A DNA stretch of 43,350 nt from NCBI GenBank assembly GCA_051953135.1, contig JBQCJC010000419.1, positions 1 to 43,350 of the forward strand, given 5' to 3'. The position numbers and the translations under genes were made by a program. This DNA is from Thermoanaerobaculia bacterium (GTDB taxonomy: Bacteria; Acidobacteriota; Thermoanaerobaculia; Gp7-AA8). Of the stretch, positions 8,645 to 18,579 are shown in pieces; positions within the stretch are counted from its first letter, which is position 1, and each line of letters opens with the position of its first letter. The notes beneath the pieces were generated by a model. The model saw only the letters and a list, made by a program, of their open reading frames with translations, was not told the DNA's origin and made no database searches.

Positions 8645-10888
8645 ATGATCGGCCGATTGCGAAGGTTGGCGTTCGCCGTCGTGGCAGTATTGCTAACGAG
8701 TGCAATTTGCGCGGACGAGCCGCACAAACGCGCGTTGCTAATCGGAATTAACGATTATTCGGCTACACGTCTGCGAGGCACGAAAAAATCCTCACCTCCT
8801 GATCGCTCGTGGTCGAATCTCGACGGTTCGGTCAATGACGTCCGAATGATGCGCGAGATTCTCGTCGCTCGTTTCGGATTCGCCGATGCCGACATCCTGA
8901 CGCTAACGGACCAGAGCGCGACACGCGCCGCAATCACCAACGCGATCCAGTCGCAGCTCATCCAGCGCTCACGAAAAGGCGACATCGCTTTCTTTTATTA
9001 TTCAGGGCACGGCTCGCAGGTGCGTAACTCGGCATCCGCGGAAGACGACAAGCTGGACGAGTCGTTCGTTCCTGCCGATTCGCGCAATGACGAGCAGGAC
9101 CTGCGTGACAACGAACTTCGCGACTTCTTCAATCGCATTCTGGATCGCGGGGCGCGGCTCACCGTGGTCTTTGATGCCTGCCACAGTGGCTCTGGTGCGC
9201 GCGGCCTCAATGGAGGATTAAAGCAACGCAGCGTCAATCCCGACCTACGCGATGTCGCCGATCCTTCTGTCGCACCGAGTCCGGAAGATCGGGGAGCGTT
9301 AATTCTTAGCGCAACTCAGGATTTTGATCAGGCATACGAAACCATCGATTCCGAAGGCCGGATTCGCGGCGCGTTTTCCTGGGCTCTTGCTCGCGCAATT
9401 CGCGACTCACAACCTGGCGAACCCGCGAGCGACACGTTCATTCGCGCACAAGCGCACCTGCGCGCGGAAATGCCCGCGCAGGTCCCGGTGCTCGCCGGAA
9501 ATGTGGAAGCTCGGCTTAGTCCGTTTCTCTCATTGAACACACGACGCGGCGCAAATCCGCATACGCCGTCTGTGGCAATTGAGAAGGCTTTGCCCGATGG
9601 AAGCTACCTTCTCGTCGGCGGCTGGGTAAACGGTCTAACGGTCGGCAGTCGCTTGCGCGTATCAGGATCAGCACCTGTAGAGCTCGAGGTCACGTCGCTC
9701 ATCGGCGCATCACGCGCCACTGCGCGACTGACAACGGCCGTGCGTAGCGCGCTCCCTTCCGGGGCGCTTCTGGAAATCGTCGAATGGGCCGCGCCTCCAT
9801 CGACAAAACTGCGAATCTGGATTCCCACCGCTCCCGATCTCGAAGTCGCGACCGCGGTGAATTTGCGTCGCATCCTGAAAACACCTGGCGTGCGGTGGGT
9901 TGACGATCCCACGGAGACAACACCGACGCATCTTCTGCGCTGGCGGCAGCAAGCATGGGAACGCGTGGCATTCGGATCGATTGTGAAATCGAAATCCGCG
10001 CTCAGTGATCCGTTTCCGCGCGACAGTACGGTATTTATTCAGTTGCCGGCGACGATTGCGCTCGCAAGCGAATTCGACGATGTCGAGGGTGTCGAGCTCG
10101 TTGACGGGCCACAAACGGCCGAATACATCCTCGCGGGCCGGGTCAGGAATCGAGAAGCCGAGTACGCGTGGATTCGTCCGCGCGCGCTTGGCCGGGATCG
10201 CGAAGGCAGCGCCATGCCGGCCCGTAGTGAATGGGTCGCGGCAAATCAATCGACGACCGCCCTCGTCCTTCGCAATGACCTGCGCCGCATCCGGCGCGTG
10301 CACGCGTGGCACGACCTCCCATCACCACCGCCTGAACATTTATCCCACTACACGGCAGAAATTCGCGATGCTGAAACGCACGAGCTGGTGACGAACGGCC
10401 CGCTCATCGCACCGAAGACGTATCAAGTAGTGCTGCGACTCCGCTCCCCTGTACCGCTCGATCCACTGTATCCCCGTTATTACTACGTGTTCATGATCGA
10501 CAGTTACGGAAAGGGGGTTCTCCTTTTTCCGAAACGCGAGCGCGGCTCTGTTGAAAACCGGCTGCCACAAACGCGAGTCGCGTCACAACCGCTCGCGGAA
10601 CCGCCCGGAGAAATCCCCTTAGGCTCTCCCGCCACTTTCTTCGTTACCGAACCATACGGCCTGGACGCCTACTTTGTGCTGTCGACTGACGAAGCACTGT
10701 CGAGCACAGACAGTCTCGAATGGGATGGAGTGCGCAGCGCACGCGCGGCTCCACAGAGCGCGCTGGAGCAACTCTTATCCGAATCGTTACACGGGGGGCG
10801 AGGCGGAGAACCAATCCGAATGCCACCGACCTGGTCGATCGAAAAAATCATCGTCGAATCAATGGCGCCGAGGAGAAATCGACAATGA
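8645..10888 (+). CDS. Secreted caspase-family (peptidase C14) protein with long C-terminal extension (DUF4384-like segment)
   Basis: 747 aa. Signal peptide MIGRLRRLAFAVVAVLLTSAICA. ALLIGINDYS; FFYYSGHGS (His122, nt 9008..9010); VVFDACHSGSGARG (Cys179, nt 9179..9181). Near the C-terminus, YYYVFMIDSYGKGVLLFP resembles the DUF4384 signature often fused to caspases (from memory). Confidence 0.88.
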   Translation: MIGRLRRLAFAVVAVLLTSAICADEPHKRALLIGINDYSATRLRGTKKSSPPDRSWSNLDGSVNDVRMMREILVARFGFADADILTLTDQSATRAAITNAIQSQLIQRSRKGDIAFFYYSGHGSQVRNSASAEDDKLDESFVPADSRNDEQDLRDNELRDFFNRILDRGARLTVVFDACHSGSGARGLNGGLKQRSVNPDLRDVADPSVAPSPEDRGALILSATQDFDQAYETIDSEGRIRGAFSWALARAIRDSQPGEPASDTFIRAQAHLRAEMPAQVPVLAGNVEARLSPFLSLNTRRGANPHTPSVAIEKALPDGSYLLVGGWVNGLTVGSRLRVSGSAPVELEVTSLIGASRATARLTTAVRSALPSGALLEIVEWAAPPSTKLRIWIPTAPDLEVATAVNLRRILKTPGVRWVDDPTETTPTHLLRWRQQAWERVAFGSIVKSKSALSDPFPRDSTVFIQLPATIALASEFDDVEGVELVDGPQTAEYILAGRVRNREAEYAWIRPRALGRDREGSAMPARSEWVAANQSTTALVLRNDLRRIRRVHAWHDLPSPPPEHLSHYTAEIRDAETHELVTNGPLIAPKTYQVVLRLRSPVPLDPLYPRYYYVFMIDSYGKGVLLFPKRERGSVENRLPQTRVASQPLAEPPGEIPLGSPATFFVTEPYGLDAYFVLSTDEALSSTDSLEWDGVRSARAAPQSALEQLLSESLHGGRGGEPIRMPPTWSIEKIIVESMAPRRNRQ

Positions 10889-13800
10889 GATGGATCCGTT
10901 GTCTGATCGCTACCCTGTTATGTCTTCCCACGATCGTTCGTGCAGACGAAGCATTCGAGAACATTACGAAAATGATCGCCGCTGGGCGAGCATTGGAAGC
11001 ACGGCAGATGCTCGCCAGCACGCTCGATTCATATGTGACCGCTCACGACGAAACGAAAGAGGCGGTCACTCTTGTACTCCTCGGGCTTACAGACGCATCG
11101 CTGCACAATGTAGAGGCGGCTCGCAACGAGTTACAAGACGCGAGCAAGAAATTCATCGCGCATCGTGACTACATGGGCGCGTGGTTTTCTCTATTCGCGC
11201 TTTCGACGGTGGAATACAACGAAGGACGCACCGATCGCGCACTGGAGATTCATAAGCAAGTCATCCAATTGCTCGATGAAGCCGAGCGTCCTGAGGCATC
11301 GTTCAAACTCGACTCGCTGGCCATGCTGGCGCCGGCATTTGGCGCCGACCCGTCATCACTGTCAATGATGACCTCGGCCCCTGAAATCGTGAAACCGTTG
11401 ATGCTCCGGTTTCTGATCATTGCGTCGTCTGACGCGTATGGAGCAGCTCTGATCGAGCACGGCGATCTCGACGCCGCGGAAGAACAACTCACTCGCGCTG
11501 CCGATGCCGCATTGATGTTCGGCGGATTATTCGACGGAACGGTCTATACGCATCTCGGGGCATTAAGACAGAGTCAATGGCGACTTCAGGAAGCAAAGGA
11601 GTGCTACCTCAAGGCTCTCAAAGGCGCCAAAACCATGGGCGCGATATTTACACCAACGATTGCCGGCCGTTTCGATCCATTTTTCGAAGTCAATGTCATG
11701 ACTGACCTCGCGACCCTCGAGGTCCTGACCGGACATCTGGATGAGGCACTGGCATGGAATGACAAGGCATTACAGGCCACTCGGGCGATGTCTAACCCAA
11801 AACGCGAAACGGCACTGCTCGAAAAGCGCGCAGACCTGCTGTCAAACGGCGGTCAATACGACGCGGCCTTGACGCTTTACCAGGAAGTACTGGAGCTCGC
11901 GACCAAAAGTGACGACCTTTATCGCCAAGGCTCCGTTCGAGGCAGCCTGGGTGCCGTGTGCATGTACCTCGGCAATTACGGTAGTGCTACGAAACACTTC
12001 GAGAAATCGATCGAGATCTATCAAAAACTCAAAGAGCCATTTCTCGAAGCGCCAAGCTGGATCGCGCTCGCCGAAACGTATCTCGCACTGGAAGACCATG
12101 GCAACGTTCAGAACGCGCTCGACAACGCGCGCAAAATGGCCGCGCAGAGCGGATTCGGTGCGGCCGCTGCACTGGTGGACGTAATCGCGGCATCGAAAGA
12201 TGTACACGAAGGACGCGGAACACTCGAAGACGTCGATACGACCATGCGCGCGATGATCAACCGACCGGACCTGAAGTCCTACGCACTGAGTCAGGGGATG
12301 CGCGACTTCCTGGCGAATATGTCGACGATCGGGAGTCGCGGCGGCGAAATCAAAGTCCCCGAACAAATGAGGTCCCTCTTCGCGCCGATGGCCGCCGCAT
12401 TCCAGGGAAAAGCGGCCTTACAACGAGGCGAGTACGCCAAGGCGCGAAAACTCTTCGAAGACGGATTCGCAACAAGCTCGAGTCACGATCACCGCGCGGG
12501 CCTGCAGGCTCTCGTTGGAACTGCCTACTGGCTCGAAGGAAAACCCGATGATGCAATCGCAGCGCTTCGCAAAGCCGCCGATGAGCTCGAACAATCTGCA
12601 TTCGATGTGAAGGTCGAGGAGCTGCTGGCAGGGTATCTGGGCAGCAATCGTCGCGTCTATTACGACCTGCTTCTGGAAATGCTTTCCAGACAAGGTAAGG
12701 GCGACGATGCATTCGCGCAGGCCGAACGCGCACGCGCACGCGCGTTTCTGCAATTGATCGGCAATCACCGCCTCAACCCCAATCGCAGTGCCGATCCGCA
12801 ACTCGTCGCCGAAGCGGAAAACGTGCGTGCCGGCATTGTCGACAGAGAAAACGCAATCGCCGCGGCGCGGCCAGAAGCACTAAAGCGTCTCAACGAGGAT
12901 CTCTCGCGCGCACGTCAGCATTATCGGTCGCTTACGATTCGCGCGAAGGCCACAAGCTCCGAATACGCCGACGTGATTAACGTCGCGCCGGTCGAGATCC
13001 AAACCATTCGCCTCGACTTGCCGGAAGATACGACCCTCATCAGCTATTACGTTTCACCCACTGCCGTTCATGCCTGGGTTGTCGACCGCGAGTCGGCGAA
13101 TTACGCGCGGCTTCAGATCGATACAAACAGCCTCCGCAGAATCGCTTGCTGGGCGAATTCATTCGGCGCCAACGAATCTCGTGGAGCGTCAGCAATTCCC
13201 TGCGGCGAGAGTAACGGCAACCCAGCGGATTTCGCGTATGACGCTTTGATTGCACCGCTTCATAAACACATCCGTCATCAGAAACTGGTCATTGTGCCGC
13301 ACGGCGTCCTTCATTACGTGCCATTCGCCGCAATGCACAATTCGAGCAGCAATCACTATCTCGTGCAGGACTTCACGCTGACCTATGCGCCGAGTGCGAG
13401 TGCGCTGCGGTTCCTTCGCGCGAAAGAAACGCCAGTCCGGGGAACCGCGCTCGTCCTGGGAGATCCGACCACGCCGATCTCAGGACTTAAACCTCTATCC
13501 GGTGCACGACAGGAAGCCGCCTTTGTCGCCAACCTGCTCGGCACGTCGGCTTACGTCGGAAACGACGCCCGTGAGAATAAACTCTACGGCGTCGGCGGTA
13601 ACGTGGACCTCGTGCATATCGCAGCACATGGGATTTATGACCCGGTGAATCCGCTATTCAGCCGAATTGCGCTGGCCCCGGGCGATAAAACGGACGGCAG
13701 CCTCACTGTGCACGAGATCCTCTCATCCGTTGATTTGTCGGGGGTGAATCTCGTAGTGCTGTCCGCCTGTCGCAGCGCGGTCGGCGAACGCAGCGGCGGC

Positions 13801-14082
13801 GACGAAATCGTCGGCCTGACGCGTGCGCTCTTATATGCCGGAACACCGGGCGTCATTTCCACGCTGTGGAACATCGATGACGCGGCCTCCGCGGGGCTCA
13901 TGAATGAGTTCTATCGCCGGCTCACAAGCGGAGTTTCCGTCGCCGAGGCACTGCGCGCGGCTCAGGTGAGCGTTCTCGAGAGCAAGGATTTTTCGGATCC
14001 GAAGTATTGGGCCGCCTTCACGCTCAATGGGGATCCACAAGGTCGCTGGCATCGCGCCGATGCCACAGGCAACAACGAATAA
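10885..14082 (+). CDS. Secreted TPR-repeat / CHAT-domain protein
   Basis: ORF 10720..14082, trimmed to ATG 10885 (ATGA overlap with the preceding stop). This gives the signal peptide MRWIRCLIATLLCLPTIVRA. Many TPR-like helical repeats. CHAT motifs: KLVIVPHGVLHYVPFAAM, ALVLGDP, LVHIAAHG (His), LVVLSACRSA (Cys), GTPGVISTLWNIDD. Confidence 0.88.
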   Translation: MRWIRCLIATLLCLPTIVRADEAFENITKMIAAGRALEARQMLASTLDSYVTAHDETKEAVTLVLLGLTDASLHNVEAARNELQDASKKFIAHRDYMGAWFSLFALSTVEYNEGRTDRALEIHKQVIQLLDEAERPEASFKLDSLAMLAPAFGADPSSLSMMTSAPEIVKPLMLRFLIIASSDAYGAALIEHGDLDAAEEQLTRAADAALMFGGLFDGTVYTHLGALRQSQWRLQEAKECYLKALKGAKTMGAIFTPTIAGRFDPFFEVNVMTDLATLEVLTGHLDEALAWNDKALQATRAMSNPKRETALLEKRADLLSNGGQYDAALTLYQEVLELATKSDDLYRQGSVRGSLGAVCMYLGNYGSATKHFEKSIEIYQKLKEPFLEAPSWIALAETYLALEDHGNVQNALDNARKMAAQSGFGAAAALVDVIAASKDVHEGRGTLEDVDTTMRAMINRPDLKSYALSQGMRDFLANMSTIGSRGGEIKVPEQMRSLFAPMAAAFQGKAALQRGEYAKARKLFEDGFATSSSHDHRAGLQALVGTAYWLEGKPDDAIAALRKAADELEQSAFDVKVEELLAGYLGSNRRVYYDLLLEMLSRQGKGDDAFAQAERARARAFLQLIGNHRLNPNRSADPQLVAEAENVRAGIVDRENAIAAARPEALKRLNEDLSRARQHYRSLTIRAKATSSEYADVINVAPVEIQTIRLDLPEDTTLISYYVSPTAVHAWVVDRESANYARLQIDTNSLRRIACWANSFGANESRGASAIPCGESNGNPADFAYDALIAPLHKHIRHQKLVIVPHGVLHYVPFAAMHNSSSNHYLVQDFTLTYAPSASALRFLRAKETPVRGTALVLGDPTTPISGLKPLSGARQEAAFVANLLGTSAYVGNDARENKLYGVGGNVDLVHIAAHGIYDPVNPLFSRIALAPGDKTDGSLTVHEILSSVDLSGVNLVVLSACRSAVGERSGGDEIVGLTRALLYAGTPGVISTLWNIDDAASAGLMNEFYRRLTSGVSVAEALRAAQVSVLESKDFSDPKYWAAFTLNGDPQGRWHRADATGNNE

Positions 14083-14653
14083 GAGTAAGCCGCCGGTGCG
14101 TTCGAAATTCGTGGCTGTACCGCTAATCGCAATCGCGCTGTTCTCATGCAATGGTGAAAAGCGCCGACTGACAGCGGAGATCGAGACCATGGAGCATCGT
14201 CGAGCTTCGCTTCAGCGAAGGCTCGATGAGAGGCGTAGCGATCTTCGTGAGTCCGAGGATCAGCTGCACGCACTGCAGCGCGAGCTCACTACACACAATA
14301 CCGAGATTAACGAATTCATCCTCCAGCATCGCATGGCGGCGACCTGCCTTCGTGCCGCGCAAATCACGCTTGGCGATCACAATGAATATTCACAACAGCT
14401 GGCCCGCGCCGCGGGTTGGGGTACTGTACTTTGCACCGTGGCGTTGCTCGATCAGCGATTCGCTCGTGAAGTCACGATAGTCGCCAATCGCGTCAATACA
14501 GCCGATGCCCGTGCGCGCGACCTGAAAGAGCAAATTCAGCGCGCGCAGCAGGCGGTCGATGGTCAGCAAGCACGAGTGCGGGACGACGAAGCCGCACTGG
14601 ATCAGGTTTCGGCCGATATCGGCGATCTCGAATACCGCCTGTTGCAGCAGTGA
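14060..14653 (+). CDS. Coiled-coil protein, probable lipoprotein
   Basis: ORF 14027..14653. ATG 14060 overlaps the CHAT stop by 23 nt; the alternative GTG 14096 lies 13 nt after it. Hydrophobic leader FVAVPLIAIALFSC is lipobox-like. The rest is heptad-rich and Arg/Glu/Gln-rich (RRLDERRSDLRESEDQLHALQRELT...). Confidence 0.55.
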   Translation: MPQATTNKSKPPVRSKFVAVPLIAIALFSCNGEKRRLTAEIETMEHRRASLQRRLDERRSDLRESEDQLHALQRELTTHNTEINEFILQHRMAATCLRAAQITLGDHNEYSQQLARAAGWGTVLCTVALLDQRFAREVTIVANRVNTADARARDLKEQIQRAQQAVDGQQARVRDDEAALDQVSADIGDLEYRLLQQ

Positions 14654-14680
14654 CGCGACCGTCGCAGGTCATTTCGTGTC

Positions 14681-16111
14681 TTGTCTGATGTGAAATTCGC
14701 GGCAGCGCTTGCTTTTGTCCTGTTGTTCGCCGGCAGGCTTGCAGCAAAGGAAGGGCTGGACCTCGTCGTACTCCTCGATCGCTCCGCCAGCATGGCCAGC
14801 GATCCGCGCCTTCCCAGCCTGTTTCTGCAAATGACCGTCGATTTGCTGGCACGGAATGCAGCGGCATCTCACGTCGAGCATCGCCTCGCGATCGTCACGT
14901 TCAACCGCTCTGCCACCGTCTCGCTGGAGTTCACAACGGTTGACAGCGACAGTGCGTCGAATCTGCGCAAGCAAATTGCCGCCATGTCATTGCTTCCACG
15001 CGGAGAAACCGATCTGCTGAAGGCATTGACTCGGGCCGACGGTCTATTTCAATCGTTAGACTCGGCCACTGAACGTCGTCGAGCATTACTTCTGGTAACC
15101 GATGGTGTGCCCTATCTCCGCGGCGCGAATCTGCGTGAGTATCACGCGGACTTACGCGCCTACGTCGCTTCACACTTCGTCGGCGTCACGTTGAATGTTC
15201 TGCTCTCGGGTTCCAGCGGACTGTCACTCTTACGATTCTGGCGAACTCTGACGCCACTCGTTCAACATACCCGTCGCACCGTGCCGGACGTCATTGCTGC
15301 GGGCCACCTGGCGTTGAGCCGCCTCGCGGGAACACAGGTGTCGGAAAGCGCATCCACGGTGAAGCAAGGGGAGCCTGACGTTCTAATCGTGCCTCCCTAT
15401 CTCGATGTTGTTGTATTTGACGTGTTTCGCGCATCAAGCGAGATCACGGTGGAAATTTACCAGCCCGGTGCAACAACACCGTTGCGCAATGGAGTCGCGG
15501 GCGTCGAAGCATTCGGAATCGGCGATCTTCTTTCGACCGTGGTCGTGCCTCGCCCTATCGCAGGTGTCTGGAAAATCCGAAAAAGCCACGGTAATGCGCG
15601 CGTGAGAATTCTATCCGAGCAGTTCTTTCCGCGTGGACAACTACTGCACCCGCCGTCCAATACCACCATCGGCGAGGGACGCTTAACGATTATCTACAGC
15701 GTACGCAACGGCGACCACAGCGCACTGCGTGAATTAACGGAATATCCCATCGAGCTCCAGTTGACCCTCGGCTCACCCGATGGTGCACAGAAATCGATCA
15801 TCATGCTGCGCGACAAAGTCTATGGGCCCTCGACCTTTCGCAGCAGCACTCCGGAAGATTGTTCAATCACTGGTCGCTACTGGACAGACGTTCGCATCAC
15901 GACCACGGATCTCCACGGGCTTCGCTTCGAGCTCTTTCGCGATCGATGGTCAGGATTTACCGTTGCGGCTAAGGCACAACCGGCGAGCGCATTGCACCTC
16001 TCGCGACCGGCGATTACACGGGAATCGATTGATCTTCGCTGGATGCTCCTGACCTTGCCGGTCGGCGTGGTCATCGCGATCATCGTGATTACAAGAGCCC
16101 GCAAACCTTAA
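14681..16111 (+). CDS. Secreted von Willebrand factor A (vWA) domain protein with C-terminal TM anchor
   Basis: 476 aa, TTG 14681 or GTG 14690 start. Signal peptide VKFAAALAFVLLFAGRLAA. MIDAS DRSAS (nt 14777..14791) within LVVLLDRSASM, then GETDLLKAL and LLLVTDGVP. C-terminal TM WMLLTLPVGVVIAIIVI followed by TRARKP. Confidence 0.8.
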   Translation: MSDVKFAAALAFVLLFAGRLAAKEGLDLVVLLDRSASMASDPRLPSLFLQMTVDLLARNAAASHVEHRLAIVTFNRSATVSLEFTTVDSDSASNLRKQIAAMSLLPRGETDLLKALTRADGLFQSLDSATERRRALLLVTDGVPYLRGANLREYHADLRAYVASHFVGVTLNVLLSGSSGLSLLRFWRTLTPLVQHTRRTVPDVIAAGHLALSRLAGTQVSESASTVKQGEPDVLIVPPYLDVVVFDVFRASSEITVEIYQPGATTPLRNGVAGVEAFGIGDLLSTVVVPRPIAGVWKIRKSHGNARVRILSEQFFPRGQLLHPPSNTTIGEGRLTIIYSVRNGDHSALRELTEYPIELQLTLGSPDGAQKSIIMLRDKVYGPSTFRSSTPEDCSITGRYWTDVRITTTDLHGLRFELFRDRWSGFTVAAKAQPASALHLSRPAITRESIDLRWMLLTLPVGVVIAIIVITRARKP

Positions 16112-16121
16112 GCCGGCTGCC

Positions 16122-17846
16122 GTGTCTTTTTCATCGTCACGGGAGCAGACGGTGAGAGCGCAAATCGGGCCGTATGAGATCGAGCGGGTTCTCGGCGATG
16201 GTGGCACGGGCGTCGTTTACAAGGGACGCCATAAGTCACTCAATCGCTGGGCGGCCATCAAAACGCTGCTTCCGAAGAACTCCGGCCTAACGACACTGCG
16301 CAAGCGCTTCATCCACGAAGCACGCGCGCAGGCACACCTCAATCATCCGAATCTCGTTGCGGTGTACGACTTCATCGAAGATGCCGATACCGATGAGCTA
16401 TTCATCGCGATGGAGTATGTCGAGGGTGACACACTCGCGGAGGTTCTTGCACGTGCACCGAACAGCCGCCTCTCGATCGCCAGCGCATTGCCACTCTTTC
16501 GGCAAGTCCTCGAAGCGTTGAAGTTCGTTCATGGCAAAGGAATCATTCATCGCGACATCAAGCCATCCAATGTCATGGTCTGTGGATCCGTTGCGAAGCT
16601 TACGGATTTCAGCATCGCATTAATCCCCGACGCGCCCCGCCTGACCGGCCGAATGCAAATTCCGGGAACGCGGCTGTACATGTCGCCCGAACAGTTGGAA
16701 GGCGAGGAGGTCGATGCACGTAGCGACATCTACAGCGCCGCACTCGTTCTCTATCGAATGCTTGCCGGTTGCGACGCGTTCGACGTGAAAGAGTACATGG
16801 CACAGGTGCACGAGCGGCGCGCCCAGCCGCGAGACTTGCGTTTGCTCAACGACGAAATTCCCAAGGGCGTATGTACAGTGCTTTCGACTGCATTGAACCC
16901 GGACCGCCAGAAGAGATTCGCTTCCGCTGCCGCATTTCAGGATGCATTGATCGATGGAGAAGCGGTGTTTCTACAGATCCCAATCGATCGTCAGGAAGCA
17001 ACTCGTACGCACGTCCCGCCGGACGAGACCACAATCGTCAACATCCCAATTCAATCACACACGGAACAATCGTCCACGCCTAGGATGCTCGTATCCGGGG
17101 TGCTGCTTACCGGGACGTTACTCGCTGGAACGTATGCGTTCGTCGCTGTCGATCGACACCCGTCTCCACTGAACCCACCGGCTGTGCGCCAGCCACGGCC
17201 AGTGCAATTACCGGCCATTCCGCCGATCGATTTCACTACGACTACAGTGACACCGATCAAGTCAGTACCCGCTGCAACACCGAAACGTAAATCCATGCAA
17301 GGCATCGCTCCGGCAATGACGATACCCACGTTTAATTCGCGTAATGCCGAACTGGAACGCGAAGAGCGTCAACGCGGGGAGCGCGCGCGGTTACGTGAAG
17401 AAATCGGCGCTGCGCTCGATCGCGCGGAAGCGGCATTAGCCAGCGATCAATTCCTCGCTGCACACGAAGAGCTCGAGAGCGCAACGCAGAAAGCGCAAAC
17501 GCTGCCCGGCGAATTCTGGCAGGAGCGCGAGGAGATCGCACGAATGCGCCAGAGGATCCTGGCCGCGCAGGTGGAGGCGCGCACAAAGCAACAGAAAGAT
17601 GAGCTCTGGCGAAGTCGCATTGCCGAGATCCATCGCCATCTGCAGGCCGGTCGATTTCCTGAAGCGAAAAGCAGTGCCCAACTTCTCGCCGACGATCCCG
17701 CCGCGCCGGAACAGACGCGCGCGCAGGCTCGCGAGCTTTGCGAATCTGCCCGCAACGAACTGATGAACGCGTTCCAACAAACGCAAACGGGAGAAACGAC
17801 GAACAAGGTCCGGAAACCCTCGACACCGCCGAGGAAGAAATACTAG
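16122..17846 (+). CDS. Hanks-type Ser/Thr protein kinase, single TM, coiled-coil extracytoplasmic C-terminal region
   Basis: 574 aa, GTG start 10 nt after the previous stop. G-loop GDGGTGVVYKG, AAIK lysine, HRD (nt 16548..16556) within IIHRDIKPSNV, DFS in place of DFG, SPE in place of APE. TM MLVSGVLLTGTLLAGTYAFVAV, a Pro-rich linker, then a helical Glu/Arg/Ala-rich tail. Confidence 0.9.
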   Translation: MSFSSSREQTVRAQIGPYEIERVLGDGGTGVVYKGRHKSLNRWAAIKTLLPKNSGLTTLRKRFIHEARAQAHLNHPNLVAVYDFIEDADTDELFIAMEYVEGDTLAEVLARAPNSRLSIASALPLFRQVLEALKFVHGKGIIHRDIKPSNVMVCGSVAKLTDFSIALIPDAPRLTGRMQIPGTRLYMSPEQLEGEEVDARSDIYSAALVLYRMLAGCDAFDVKEYMAQVHERRAQPRDLRLLNDEIPKGVCTVLSTALNPDRQKRFASAAAFQDALIDGEAVFLQIPIDRQEATRTHVPPDETTIVNIPIQSHTEQSSTPRMLVSGVLLTGTLLAGTYAFVAVDRHPSPLNPPAVRQPRPVQLPAIPPIDFTTTTVTPIKSVPAATPKRKSMQGIAPAMTIPTFNSRNAELEREERQRGERARLREEIGAALDRAEAALASDQFLAAHEELESATQKAQTLPGEFWQEREEIARMRQRILAAQVEARTKQQKDELWRSRIAEIHRHLQAGRFPEAKSSAQLLADDPAAPEQTRAQARELCESARNELMNAFQQTQTGETTNKVRKPSTPPRKKY

Positions 17847-17856
17847 GAGCGTCTCA

Positions 17857-18579
17857 ATGCGCCGGCAACTCGCATCCTTACTCGTCTGTACGGTCTTGAT
17901 CAGTGGCTGTGCAACAGGAACAACTCCAACAAAATCCGCGGCTAAACCGTCAAACGTAAAAGAATGGGTTGCTTTACAAAGTCGCGCCAGGAAGAAAGCG
18001 ATGGTCGGATTTCTCGTTGGTGCGGCGCTCGGTGCTGTCAGTGCCAGTATCGGCGGCGGAAACAGCGACGATGTGCTGAAGCAAGCGCTTGCCGGCGGAG
18101 TTGCGGGGGCCGTGGTCGGTTTTGCAATCGGCCGCCATCAGGACCGCGTCTTTGCACAACGTGATGACGCGGTGCGGCAGACCGGCTACGAACCTTCACA
18201 AGGGTATATCGCCATTGTCGAAGAAGTAACGTTCAATCCCTCGCAACCAAAACCCGGACAAACGGCGACTCTATACGTTCGATATCACGTCTTAGGACCC
18301 AATCCGAACGAGCCCATCAGAGTCAAGATGTTCCGCGGGCTCAAATATGGCGACGATTATGTCTTCGGCGCGGGTCCGAACGAATTCATCGTTCCGAATG
18401 GCGGTGGAATCGTCGAGTCGACCATGCAGGTCACACTGCCGAAGAAGGCGCCGGAAGGAACGTACAGCGTCGAGGCACTCATTGAAGATCCCGCTGGGCG
18501 CTTCACACAATCGGTCGGTACGGGTGCACTGTACATTGTCGCGCGTGCAGGCGTCCGCGAAGCGGTGCCGGTGGCCTGA
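17857..18579 (+). CDS. Lipoprotein with glycine-zipper segment and C-terminal beta-sandwich-like domain
   Basis: 240 aa, TAGGAG 7 nt upstream. Lipobox LISGC. Glycine zipper GFLVGAALGAVSASIGGG...AGGVAGAVVGFAIG. C-terminal half is beta-rich (TATLYVRYHVLG..., GTYSVEALIEDPAG). Confidence 0.7.
   Translation: MRRQLASLLVCTVLISGCATGTTPTKSAAKPSNVKEWVALQSRARKKAMVGFLVGAALGAVSASIGGGNSDDVLKQALAGGVAGAVVGFAIGRHQDRVFAQRDDAVRQTGYEPSQGYIAIVEEVTFNPSQPKPGQTATLYVRYHVLGPNPNEPIRVKMFRGLKYGDDYVFGAGPNEFIVPNGGGIVESTMQVTLPKKAPEGTYSVEALIEDPAGRFTQSVGTGALYIVARAGVREAVPVA

Noticed and set aside
10720-10884. 5' extensions of the longest ORFs at 10720, 26432, 28161 and 42133
   Set aside because: Each extension overlaps the 3' end of the preceding well-supported gene and is Arg-rich. 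In each case an internal ATG with an RBS or overlap junction yields a signal peptide or a sensible N-terminus (10885, 26552, 28350, 42301).
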